Below, piece by piece: positions 29,048 to 37,178 of a stretch of DNA of 64,000 bases. The DNA comes from Candidatus Bathyarchaeia archaeon (lineage in GTDB: Archaea; Thermoproteota; Bathyarchaeia; Bathyarchaeales; Bathycorpusculaceae), in contig JBBFKZ010000005.1 of the NCBI GenBank assembly GCA_037481775.1, positions 26,871 to 90,870 on the forward strand. The letters are read 5' to 3'. A model generated the notes under the pieces. It ran no database searches. It saw only the letters and a list, made by a program, of their open reading frames with translations, and was not told the DNA's origin. Both the position numbers and the translations under genes were made by a program. How positions within the stretch are numbered: position 1 is the stretch's first letter; each line of letters starts with the position of its first letter.

Positions 29048-30127
29048 ATGGTAAACGAAATGTCCGCCAAAGAAATTATTGATCTGCGAAGCGATACAGT
29101 CACGTTGCCTACTGAAGAAATGCTGGAGGCCATTCGGCATGCGGAGCTAGGCGACGACGTTTTCAGAGAAGATCCAACAGTGAATAGGCTTGAAGCGTTG
29201 GCTGCCGAGAAAATGGGCAAGGAAGCAGCGCTTCTCGTTACAAGCGGAACCCAAGCTAACCTAGCCGCTTTGATGAGCAACACGAAACGCGGAGACCTCG
29301 TCATACTCGAGTCTGAATCGCACATTTACTGGTACGAGGTAGGCGGCATCTCCATGATAGCTGGGCTGCTTCCCTGGCCTGTTAAAAGCAGCTTTGGCGC
29401 GCCAACTACGGAAGACATAGAAGCTGCCATACGGCCGAGGGATATTCATATTCCCGAGCCTGCGCTTGTCTGCCTCGAGAACACGCATAACCGCCACGGC
29501 GGAACAATCATCACGCCTAGCCAGATCAAAGCAGTAAGCGGCGTTGCACAAGCGCATGGGCTGAAGCTTTACTTGGATGGCGCCCGCATATTTAATGCCG
29601 CCGTTGCGTTGGGTGTTGACGTCAAAGAGTTCACTCGGCATGTAGATAACCTTATGTTCTCCCTATCTAAGGGTCTCTGCTGCCCCGTCGGCTCGCTGCT
29701 GGTTGGCACACAAGAATTCATCGAGAAAGCGCGGAAAATCCGCAAGCTTCTAGGCGGCGGCATGCGGCAGGCAGGCATAATCGCGGCTCCAGGCATTGTG
29801 GCGCTGGAAACCATGATTGACCGCTTAGCTGAGGATCATCAGAACGCGCGGCGCCTAGCCGAGGGCATAGCCAGGCTCGGCGGGATCCAAATTGATCTGA
29901 GCCGCGTGCAAACGAACATCGTCTGCTTCGACATTTCTGGTTTAGGCGTGTCTGCTAACGAGTTCCTTCTGCGGCTGAAGGCAAACGGCGTACTCGCCTT
30001 AGCCATGGGCAAGCATAAAGTGCGCTTGGTAACGCATAGGGGAATCGGCAGGGAGCACGTGGAAAAGGCAGTTGCCGCCATAGAAGCGGTAGCAAAAGTA
30101 GTGTCGCGAAATAAACTTAAATGTTGA
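29048..30127 (+). CDS. ltaE: Low-specificity L-threonine aldolase
   Basis: DLRSDTVT.P, GDDV..EDPTV, SGTQAN, ENTHN, DGARIFNA, LSKGL, GGGMRQAG. Confidence 0.95.
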   Translation: MVNEMSAKEIIDLRSDTVTLPTEEMLEAIRHAELGDDVFREDPTVNRLEALAAEKMGKEAALLVTSGTQANLAALMSNTKRGDLVILESESHIYWYEVGGISMIAGLLPWPVKSSFGAPTTEDIEAAIRPRDIHIPEPALVCLENTHNRHGGTIITPSQIKAVSGVAQAHGLKLYLDGARIFNAAVALGVDVKEFTRHVDNLMFSLSKGLCCPVGSLLVGTQEFIEKARKIRKLLGGGMRQAGIIAAPGIVALETMIDRLAEDHQNARRLAEGIARLGGIQIDLSRVQTNIVCFDISGLGVSANEFLLRLKANGVLALAMGKHKVRLVTHRGIGREHVEKAVAAIEAVAKVVSRNKLKC

Positions 30128-30170
30128 CTATGCTAAAAAACAGTATGATCAAAGTTTATTGAAATAAATT

Positions 30171-30185
30171 TAGTTCACTGAACTA
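30171..30185. promoter_or_regulatory. Palindromic operator-like site TAGTTCA-C-TGAACTA
   Basis: Perfect 7-1-7 inverted repeat in an AT-rich promoter region upstream of the ORF at 30285. Confidence 0.45.
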
Positions 30186-30284
30186 TATCACAGTTCGGCG
30201 AGTATGATATTAAACTTAAGTTAAACTTTAATTTAATAAAGTTTATAAAATGACCGCGCTTAACGTTTATCACTGTGATGAATT

Positions 30285-30527
30285 ATGAAGAAGGTAAAAG
30301 TAACGATGGTGGATTATGGGTTTAGACCTTCTCTCTATGAGGGAGTTAAGAAGGTCGATGAAGTTGTGGGAGGTTTGTTGAAATTTTATTTCTATGACAC
30401 AAGAGATGTTGATGAGGGACTTGTTAATCTTGAAGCTTTCATTCGAGATCTTAAGGAGTCTCATATTGTTCTTCTTAATGTGATGGGTGGCGATAGGGTA
30501 AGCAAGGTTATATGTGAAACATTATAA
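30285..30527 (+). pseudogene. N-terminal fragment resembling a CobN/magnesium chelatase H subunit
   Basis: VDEGLV.LE.F..DL..S.IVLL...GGD resembles archaeal chelatase-H N-termini (recalled); 80 aa versus >1000 aa expected; ends next to the CRISPR array. Confidence 0.45.
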
Positions 30528-30592
30528 AACAGAAAGCATCGAGAAACTATGGGCTCAGATAATTAAAGAACTTGGATTCGAGCCAAGTATGT

Positions 30593-30782
30593 CTTTCAAT
30601 TCCCTTTACTTGGGATTTTTCCTTGCATCTCAGGTGGTAGGGAGATCACAGGCATAGGCGTGAGCACGACTTTCAATTCCCTTTACTTGGGATTTTTCCT
30701 TGCATCTGAAGGCTAAGCCACAAGCCGCCTAACATGGCAAATATTCTTTCAATTCCCTTTACTTGGGATTTTTCCTTGCATC
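30593..30782 (-). CRISPR. Mini CRISPR array: 3 identical 37-bp repeats, 2 spacers (40 and 39 bp)
   Basis: Repeat (minus strand) GATGCAAGGAAAAATCCCAAGTAAAGGGAATTGAAAG at 30593-30629, 30670-30706 and 30746-30782; ATTGAAAG 3' end. Confidence 0.95.
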
Positions 30783-30795
30783 TCAGCCGCGCCGT

Positions 30796-30954
30796 GGCTT
30801 CTGTTTTTCCTGAACCACAAGGCGCGCGAAGAACAACCGAATTGCCTCTAGCAATGTTTTCCACAGTTTTTAACTGATGTGAATAGGGTGCTTTCCCATC
30901 AAGAACAACTCTGAAGATTTCTTCTAACGAGAAGTTATCTATAACTCCACCCAT
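30796..30954 (-). pseudogene. cas3: Truncated cas3 helicase (Q motif and Walker A only)
   Basis: PYSHQ...VVLRAPCGSGKTEA, then runs into the CRISPR repeat; lies directly downstream of cas6. Confidence 0.8.
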
Positions 30955-31070
30955 CAAATTACCTCGAGTTTTTTTCACTTCACTTTGGAAAGCCTTACTT
31001 CAACTATAAGTTCAAGCTATATATAGAGAGGGTATAAGTTTTACCTTGCAAACATCACCACGCTCCCTCA

Positions 31071-31870
31071 TCACAACTTTTTCTCAAGAAAACGCGCCAC
31101 GCCGAATCCACCTGTGCGGTTGCCGCCAACATTTGCGTACTCCGCAAACTTAGCATTATTTTGTTCCATTTGCTTTCTTTATCCTTCACTTCATAAGTCA
31201 CCCACCCAGCAAACCCTGTCGCCTTCTTCTTCCGCATAACCGCCAACCGCGTATGCAACTCGTACTCGCAAACGCCTACATTCTCACTCAACCATTCTTT
31301 ATATGCTACGTACTCTTCCTTGCTAAACCGTCTACCGTCACTAAACAAGTTCCAAACACGTAGCAAACTCGAAAAAACTTTAACCGCATCGGGAAACATC
31401 CAGTGATAGCCACTGCCCAAACTCGCAAAATACGTAGGCGCCCTAAACAAAAGCCTAAACCTCTCAACCGCTTGCGCTTCCTTCTCCAAATCCCCATAAC
31501 TCTTACAGTTAACGCTTAAGCTGGCAATACGGAAAACCGTGTCAAAAACCATCAAGCTGTTCTGCTTCTGAAAATAATTAAGGATAAACGTGCTATACTC
31601 ATCCCGCAAAAACCTAAAATGCACAAAGCAAGGAGCCTGCGGATCCAACTCATAACCATCCTCAACACGACGCTTACTCTTAAACCGCAAAGGCGTAACG
31701 CTGTAAGGCTTCCGTGCATTTAACTCATGCAGCAAGCCCGACGCAGCAGGATCCACCATCCGCACAACATGCAACAACAAACCACGCGCTACATAACCAG
31801 TAAAAAACGGCAAAACCACAGGCTTCTCCGCATACATCTCCAACCCAATCGCAACAGGCACACCAGTCAA
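31071..31870 (-). pseudogene. cas6: CRISPR-associated endoribonuclease Cas6, frameshifted near the C-terminus
   Basis: LHE...KPYSVTPL, F..PT.F, GFAGWV.Y; the Gly-rich loop AKFAEYANVGGNRTGGFG lies in another frame after about 31157 and ends at TGA 31071. Confidence 0.85.
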
Positions 31871-31959
31871 CTCCCTTCAATGGGATTACCAAGCACTATC
31901 AAGAAACAAAAACTTAAGACTTTTTCTTTTCGTTTTCCAACCAGAAGTAGTTGTCCGCA

Positions 31960-32477
31960 ACGCGCAATTACAAACTACAACAAAACAACCATAGAAAAAC
32001 CCCACTCTCCTTCACAACTACCCTCCCGCAGTCTTCCAAAAACCAGCAAACCGCGCAGAAAGCTTCAAAGAAGTTATTATTAATGGCAAAATCAAAAAAT
32101 AACTACCAACACAAACCCGCCCTGCTTCCAAACAGCAGCAGTAGAAGAAGAAAAAGACTGAAAAACCACTTCTTCTTCTTTCAATCAGAAGTTGTTATGC
32201 ATAGCCTCTGTAACAACAAGCTCAAACAAACAACTTCCACCTTCCGCCAATGGAAAGACACATAGAATATCACAAAACCAAAGTCCTCCTTCACCTCCCG
32301 CGTCTACTTGACCACAGGAACATCAAAAACACGCTGGTCTACACGCAGCTCAACAAACCAAAGACGAGGACTACGTCTGCAAAATAGCCGAAACAGTCCA
32401 CTAAGCAAAAGACCTAATCGAGGCTGGATTTGAGTACGTATGTGAAATAGAAGACGCTCTTCAGAAAAAGAAACTAA
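31960..32477 (+). pseudogene. Decayed tyrosine integrase
   Basis: Broken frames read FRQWK..EYHKTK...LLDHRNIKNTLVYTQL..DEDYVCKIAET..*AKDLIEAGFEYVCE...FRKR, homologous to the C-terminus of the 32658-33815 integrase; 5' limit approximate. Confidence 0.8.
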
Positions 32478-32519
32478 GCCTGAAACAAGATTCGCGAGCT
32501 GCCGCAGTTTTGTCTGTAG

Positions 32520-32593
32520 TGCCGAGGGCCGGGTTTGAACCGGCGACAACTCGGTCTTCAGCCGAGCGCTCTCCCAGGCTGAGCTACCTCGGC
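32520..32593 (-). tRNA. tRNA-Phe(GAA)
   Basis: GCCGAGGTAGCTCAGCCTGGGAGAGCGCTCGGCTGAAGACCGAGTTGTCGCCGGTTCAAACCCGGCCCTCGGCA forms a full cloverleaf. Confidence 0.97.
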
Positions 32594-32657
32594 ACGTTTT
32601 TCCATGCTTTTTAGATGACCTCGGCGCTTTTCAGGCACCTTGGTGTTTTCGGCGTGT

Positions 32658-33815
32658 TCATTTACGTTTCCTCAAAAATATTAAGTTATCTTTTTGGCAG
32701 ACATATTCAAAGCCTGCTTCAAGCAGTGTTACTAATTCTTGCGGTGTCTGTGCAACCTTAACTGTGAATTCCTCGTTTCCATAGTCGGCAAAGATTTTCC
32801 GTTCTATATTCACGTACTTCTCTGTGTTCTTCATGCTCTTGTGTCCGAGAAAGTCGCGCACGTAAAGCGGGTCTTTGGTTTTATGGTAAAGCATGGTTGC
32901 CTTCCAATGTCTTATCATGTGGAAGCCTATTTTCAGCAACCGCGGATTCTGCAGCTTATGCGCCTGCTTCTTTCGTAAAGTTAGGAAAGCGCCCTTTAAG
33001 CTGTCTGGCTTGCAGTCGAAGACTTTCTCGCTAGTTTTGGGTAAAGCGTTAAGCTGTGCTATAAGCTGAGGAGAAACCTTCCACATTCTCGGGTTGCTGC
33101 GCTTCTCAGGTTCATTCAGGGTTATGGTGCATCTTTCAAAGTCAATGTCCGTCCACTTTATCCTCTGGGCTTCTCCGCGTCTCATAGCCGTCTCCTTAAT
33201 CAGCAATAGGAAGGCGCTAAGTTTCCGTGGTGCAGCAGCGATTAGGCAGTCAATTTCCTGCTCAGTCGGGATGAGGGATGGTATGCTTTCGGGAACTGTG
33301 CATCTTGGCGGCTCCCATGTCATCTTATTCAGTTTTAGAAACATTGTGTAGGCGTTTATCACGTTTTTCCTGCGGTTAGGGCTCCACTTCTGTCTTGCAA
33401 TTACGTCTTTGACGCTTTCGGGGTCGTATAGGTTTGCTCCTCTTTCGCTTAGCACTTTTAAGGCGATTCGGTTAAGCCGTATGGTTTCCTCGCTGTATCC
33501 CTGGCGCTTCATGTAGAGGCAGAGTTCCAGGATTTTTCCCTTGATTTCCTGTTCCTGTTTTCCCCTTTCTCCCGCGCAAGTTCGGGTTTCTTGCGCAGTG
33601 TCCAAGTTTTTCGCTCCGTAGGCGCATACTTGAACGGCTTCCTTTTCTGTCTGACATGAATTATAAGTTTTTTCGCTTTTCCCGCTGAACCTATAACCGC
33701 AGCTTCGGCATAGGTAACGCTGAACTGCCTCTCCGCTGCGCAGGTAACGAAGCCCATCACGATACAGCATCTCGGAACCACACACAGGGCAAGAAAGCGA
33801 AGAGGCAGCTTCCAT
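32658..33815 (-). CDS. Tyrosine recombinase/integrase with an N-terminal Zn ribbon
   Basis: Catalytic set R(AMRRGE)-K(EKR)-HxxR(HMIR)-H(LGH)-Y(EKY); N-terminal CPVC...CRSC. Confidence 0.93.
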   Translation of the reverse strand: MEAASSLSCPVCGSEMLYRDGLRYLRSGEAVQRYLCRSCGYRFSGKSEKTYNSCQTEKEAVQVCAYGAKNLDTAQETRTCAGERGKQEQEIKGKILELCLYMKRQGYSEETIRLNRIALKVLSERGANLYDPESVKDVIARQKWSPNRRKNVINAYTMFLKLNKMTWEPPRCTVPESIPSLIPTEQEIDCLIAAAPRKLSAFLLLIKETAMRRGEAQRIKWTDIDFERCTITLNEPEKRSNPRMWKVSPQLIAQLNALPKTSEKVFDCKPDSLKGAFLTLRKKQAHKLQNPRLLKIGFHMIRHWKATMLYHKTKDPLYVRDFLGHKSMKNTEKYVNIERKIFADYGNEEFTVKVAQTPQELVTLLEAGFEYVCQKDNLIFLRKRK

Positions 33816-33818
33816 AAG

Positions 33819-35387
33819 CTAAACCTTTCCTTCAGTTTCAGTGTACGGCTTGAAACCGCGGCATATCATAGGGCAATTAAACATAGGCGTTAAACAATTC
33901 GGGTTAGGATGCACACAGCTTGCCCTGTGGAAATGAACACAGTCTTTCGCTAAAACAGAAAATTCTGAAGATTGATCTGTGCTGCTGTTTTCGGGGTGGT
34001 ACTGGGGTCGGGGGGTATTTATTTTTCCGCTGTTTTCTGCCGCTTCTTTTCCATCATTTTCGCCCTCAGAAATAAATACCCCCGAGGGTAGGTACCTCAT
34101 TCGCCGTTTATCCGCTGGATCTGGCTCCTCAGTCAACAAGCCTACAGACTGCAAAATATTCAAAACTTGGTCTAATCGTTTTTTGCCGATTGTACGGTGA
34201 AAGGTCTGATAGTATAGTGCTTGAAATTCCTTTCGCGTTACACCATTTTCAGGAATTAACTGCCTCACTTGTTGGAAAATGTTGAAAACCTCAGGTGGCA
34301 AGCCTAACTCATTTGCTTTGCTGACTTTCAGATAAAGACTGAATCCTGCCAACACATCATCTTGATTCACAATTATGGAGTCGTTGATTTTTTCTCGGTG
34401 CCAAAGATTCAGCAACGCATGCGCTTTGATTAACGCGAGAAGGCGTGTTATGTCCCGTTGATGGCGCGGAATTAGGTTATTATGCAAGGCGAAGAATTCT
34501 TCAGCGATTTGCGCTCTAATTTCCTCTGGGATCACCACGTACTTTATGTCGGCACAAGCAATGTCAGAGACACGGTTAGCTAACCACACACGCCTCGGGT
34601 CACTTTCCATAGTTTTATTGAATGCCTCACGGTCGGATTCCTTTTCTATTTTAAGCAGAATAGCATCTCGTATTTTGTCTTGGGTTGTGTCGGGTGATAG
34701 CAGTAGAAGCCTTGTGCGTTCCTGATCTTCCATGCTGAAGCTTGCAGTGCAGAAAAGCACCGTTGGGTACCCTTCTATTTTAACGGTTTTTGTGCGCAAT
34801 CCTAATTTTGCTTTATTGTCTGTTATCTTCGAAATCAACACTTTGCGGTCATGAGACAGGAGCGGCCTCAACCGTTGCAAGAGAACGTCATGCGGTTGGT
34901 CAAGGAAAATCAATATCTTCCTATGCAGGTCGATATAGTTTATCCTCCGCTTTTTCTCAGGTTCCACGTCTTCTCTGGTGTCGCTTGGGTCAGGAATCAA
35001 AACTCCGTATTCATGGAAAAACGCTGTCGGGCTCACATAAGAATATTCGATAACGTCACTTTTGGGGAAATACCAAGCTAACTCTAAGGGGATATAGCTT
35101 TTTCCAGTGCTGCTTTCTGCTGTGAAACTTACGTTAATCTGGTCTTCTTCAGTGTATGTTAACAGCATTGCTAAGAATGTTATAACTTTATTTTCTTCGT
35201 CATGCTTGATTGTTGAGCTTAAGATTTCGCTAAGCTCGTCTAAGTTTAATGGTCTCAGGTTTTCTTTGAGCTTTTCGCGCCATGCTTTGCCTAGAGGCGT
35301 TAATGGTTCTGCGGGCATTCCAAGGGGCACATCACTTGTTATCGACTGCCTCAGCTCATCTTTAGTCGGCAAAGTGTCAGCGTTCAT
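33819..35387 (-). CDS. MCM-like AAA+ ATPase / putative replication helicase of the element
   Basis: Walker A-like AESSTGKS, Walker B ILIFLDQ, Arg finger QERTR, sensor-2-like PRHQRD, C-terminal wHTH-like and Cys-rich segments. Confidence 0.7.
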   Translation of the reverse strand: MNADTLPTKDELRQSITSDVPLGMPAEPLTPLGKAWREKLKENLRPLNLDELSEILSSTIKHDEENKVITFLAMLLTYTEEDQINVSFTAESSTGKSYIPLELAWYFPKSDVIEYSYVSPTAFFHEYGVLIPDPSDTREDVEPEKKRRINYIDLHRKILIFLDQPHDVLLQRLRPLLSHDRKVLISKITDNKAKLGLRTKTVKIEGYPTVLFCTASFSMEDQERTRLLLLSPDTTQDKIRDAILLKIEKESDREAFNKTMESDPRRVWLANRVSDIACADIKYVVIPEEIRAQIAEEFFALHNNLIPRHQRDITRLLALIKAHALLNLWHREKINDSIIVNQDDVLAGFSLYLKVSKANELGLPPEVFNIFQQVRQLIPENGVTRKEFQALYYQTFHRTIGKKRLDQVLNILQSVGLLTEEPDPADKRRMRYLPSGVFISEGENDGKEAAENSGKINTPRPQYHPENSSTDQSSEFSVLAKDCVHFHRASCVHPNPNCLTPMFNCPMICRGFKPYTETEGKV

Positions 35388-35569
35388 GGCTTCGCGGCTC
35401 CTTTAAGAAAATCTTTTAAGTGGAAGATGTTCAGAGGGGTTTTATGTGAGAGGGCCGCACCTGAGTGAGAATACTTCTGCCGAGTTTCATTCAGGTGCTC
35501 GCTTGTCCCTCTCTTTCCACACCTTGATTTCTCTGAAAATGAGGGGTTACTGCGTGCCTCAGTGGTCAT
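35384..35569 (-). CDS. Small hypothetical protein of the element
   Basis: 61-aa ORF whose stop overlaps the ATPase start (ATGA). Confidence 0.5.
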   Translation of the reverse strand: MTTEARSNPSFSEKSRCGKRGTSEHLNETRQKYSHSGAALSHKTPLNIFHLKDFLKGAAKP

Positions 35570-35586
35570 TTAAGGTTCGCCTCTAA

Positions 35587-35691
35587 TTAGATGGGTTCTA
35601 TGCCGTCTTTTCCTCGTGCGTAGATGAGTAGGAGAATGAATATGAAGATGGCAAGCACCGCAAGCAGCTTAAGCAAATAAGTAGTGTCCAT
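35587..35691 (-). CDS. 34-aa single-TM peptide
   Basis: MDTTYLLKLLAVLAIFIFILLLIYARGKDGIEPI; RBS GAGGTG upstream. Confidence 0.55.
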   Translation of the reverse strand: MDTTYLLKLLAVLAIFIFILLLIYARGKDGIEPI

Positions 35692-35704
35692 GCTTGAGAC
35701 ACCT

Positions 35705-35842
35705 CTAAAATTGTTTGAGAACTTCTTGCAATGCCTTGTAGATTGGCTCGGTCAGATTTCTGATTTTACCCTCTGAGATTAGTTGGTCAAGCTTTTCTCG
35801 CTCTTCAGGTTTAATGCGGATTGTTATGCGGTTGTTTTTCAT
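35705..35842 (-). CDS. Ribbon-helix-helix (CopG-like) DNA-binding protein
   Basis: MKNNRITIRIKPEEREKLDQLISEGKIRNLTEPIYKALQEVLKQF; RBS AGGTGA; below the ORF-track cutoff. Confidence 0.75.
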   Translation of the reverse strand: MKNNRITIRIKPEEREKLDQLISEGKIRNLTEPIYKALQEVLKQF

Positions 35843-35892
35843 TTTATCACCTGTCCAAAGATTTTAAATGTCCGAAGGTATAGCTACTAAGT

Positions 35893-36381
35893 ATGTTACC
35901 TAGTAACATAGAGCAAGAAGTAGCCGAAATCCTTGGAAAAAACAAGGGTTGGTTGCGTACCGAAGAATGTGCTGAAAAATATGCTAAAGGTGATAAGACA
36001 AAGCGAACCCAGTTCTATCGTTGGCGTAGGAAGGTTGAAAGTGGTAAAGTAAAAAACTTCCAAATTGTGAAGCTACCAGGGAACATTTCTTTTATTGGCC
36101 TCTGCTCTGCTGATCCGCAGACGTTGGAAGGTTTCATCTCTGAAGATAAAAGGATGAAAGCTGCTCAATCTGGAAAGGGCTTATTTGGATTTTTTGTTTG
36201 GTTAGAACGTAGAGCTAAAAGGCAACGTCGCGAGGAAATTGAAGAGGAAATAGCAAGGCTTGCGCCTATTGCCGAGAGATATGAGCTTGATTTTTTAAAG
36301 AAATATGTTGAAGTGCGGAAAGAAATGTTAAGTTATCAGAAAGGCGAAAATGAGGAGGGCGGGGTTTTTGAGGAGAAGTAA
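35893..36381 (+). CDS. Hypothetical protein, possibly a wHTH regulator
   Basis: Divergent from the RHH gene; helical N-terminus and coiled C-terminus. Confidence 0.65.
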   Translation: MLPSNIEQEVAEILGKNKGWLRTEECAEKYAKGDKTKRTQFYRWRRKVESGKVKNFQIVKLPGNISFIGLCSADPQTLEGFISEDKRMKAAQSGKGLFGFFVWLERRAKRQRREEIEEEIARLAPIAERYELDFLKKYVEVRKEMLSYQKGENEEGGVFEEK

Positions 36382-36622
36382 GCGGGATATATTGCAAAAG
36401 GCTATTCCAGACTTGTTTGGTAACAAAAGGTATGAGGTAAAAAGTAATTATGTGGTTTTTCCTGTTCCTGCTGCGGTTCATAGGCAGGTTCGCGAATGGC
36501 TTGGTAAAGGCGATGGAGACGCCCTTGCGGTTGGAATATCTAATCAGGATAAGGAGCTTAGGCTTGTAATAGTGAACCTGAAGGAGCAAAGGCTTCTTGG
36601 AGCGAAAGATTACAGGAGATAA
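36350..36622 (+). CDS. Hypothetical protein of the element
   Basis: 90-aa ORF overlapping the upstream gene; start uncertain. Confidence 0.55.
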   Translation: MRRAGFLRRSKRDILQKAIPDLFGNKRYEVKSNYVVFPVPAAVHRQVREWLGKGDGDALAVGISNQDKELRLVIVNLKEQRLLGAKDYRR

Positions 36623-36661
36623 GCTTAACCTCTTTAAATCCTCATGGCTATAGGTTAGGTT

Positions 36662-36805
36662 ATGAAGCAGTTTACGCTTAGGAAATACAACTGTAAGACC
36701 CGACCCTGTGATCGCTGTGGTGAACGCTTCAAGCCAGGCGATCGCATTGTTAAGACGGCAAGGCGAAGCTATCATGAACGCTGCTTCCAGCAGCTTCTGC
36801 ATTAG
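36662..36805 (+). CDS. 47-aa Zn-finger protein (CxxC...HxxC)
   Basis: MKQFTLRKYNCKTRPCDRCGERFKPGDRIVKTARRSYHERCFQQLLH, followed by a T tract. Confidence 0.7.
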   Translation: MKQFTLRKYNCKTRPCDRCGERFKPGDRIVKTARRSYHERCFQQLLH

Positions 36806-37178
36806 CTTTTTTTCCGTGTTTAGGGTTAGGTTAGCACGTACATTTTGCCGCCTTTGCTCATGAAAGATCAAGCTTTGTTACGTAGCGGTCGTCAGCGTTC
36901 AAGGTTGACGCATGGAAAAAATGGCTTTCAATGTTCAGTTTGTAACATAAAACTGAAGCTGTACCTCAACAACACGCATTTTGTTACGTAACAGTGCTTT
37001 AATGGCGTGTTATGAGCGGCCCTTTTGCCATGTACGCTGTAAGCCTTCATGCAGCAGTTTCTTTTAAAGCAAAAAAGAGAAAAAAATGGGGAAATAGCGC
37101 GCGGGAGAATTCGCCATAAAAATTGGGAGTGAGCTACCTCGGCGGTGTCTTCCACACTTTTCAAGATGGAGGGAGGTG

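Larger units (their letters stand above)
32580..37143. mobile_element. Integrative element (about 4.55 kb) inserted in the 5' end of tRNA-Phe
   Basis: 14-bp direct repeat TGAGCTACCTCGGC at 32580-32593 and 37130-37143 (tRNA nt 1-14); the integrase gene abuts one att site. Confidence 0.88.

Noticed and set aside
30536-30592. Possible fourth degenerate CRISPR repeat (GCATC) and third spacer
   Set aside because: Only 5 nt match, and the implied spacer (52 nt) is much longer than 39-40 nt
30630-30745. Spacers targeting the neighbouring integrated element
   Set aside because: Best match seen by eye is about 8 nt (TCAGGTGG near 34292), which is chance level
30673-30978. 101-aa ORF as a real protein
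   Set aside because: Chimera of the cas3 N-terminus read through CRISPR repeats and a spacer
30128-32520. att duplication of the tRNA-Phe 3' end bounding the older island
   Set aside because: No second copy of the tRNA 3' sequence found, so the island's left boundary is unsupported
31727-32549. ORFs 31727-32083, 31951-32265 and 32304-32549 as genes
   Set aside because: Low-complexity or antisense frames over cas6 and the decayed integrase
36266-36871. 201-aa minus-strand ORF in the element
   Set aside because: Antisense to three plausible + strand ORFs
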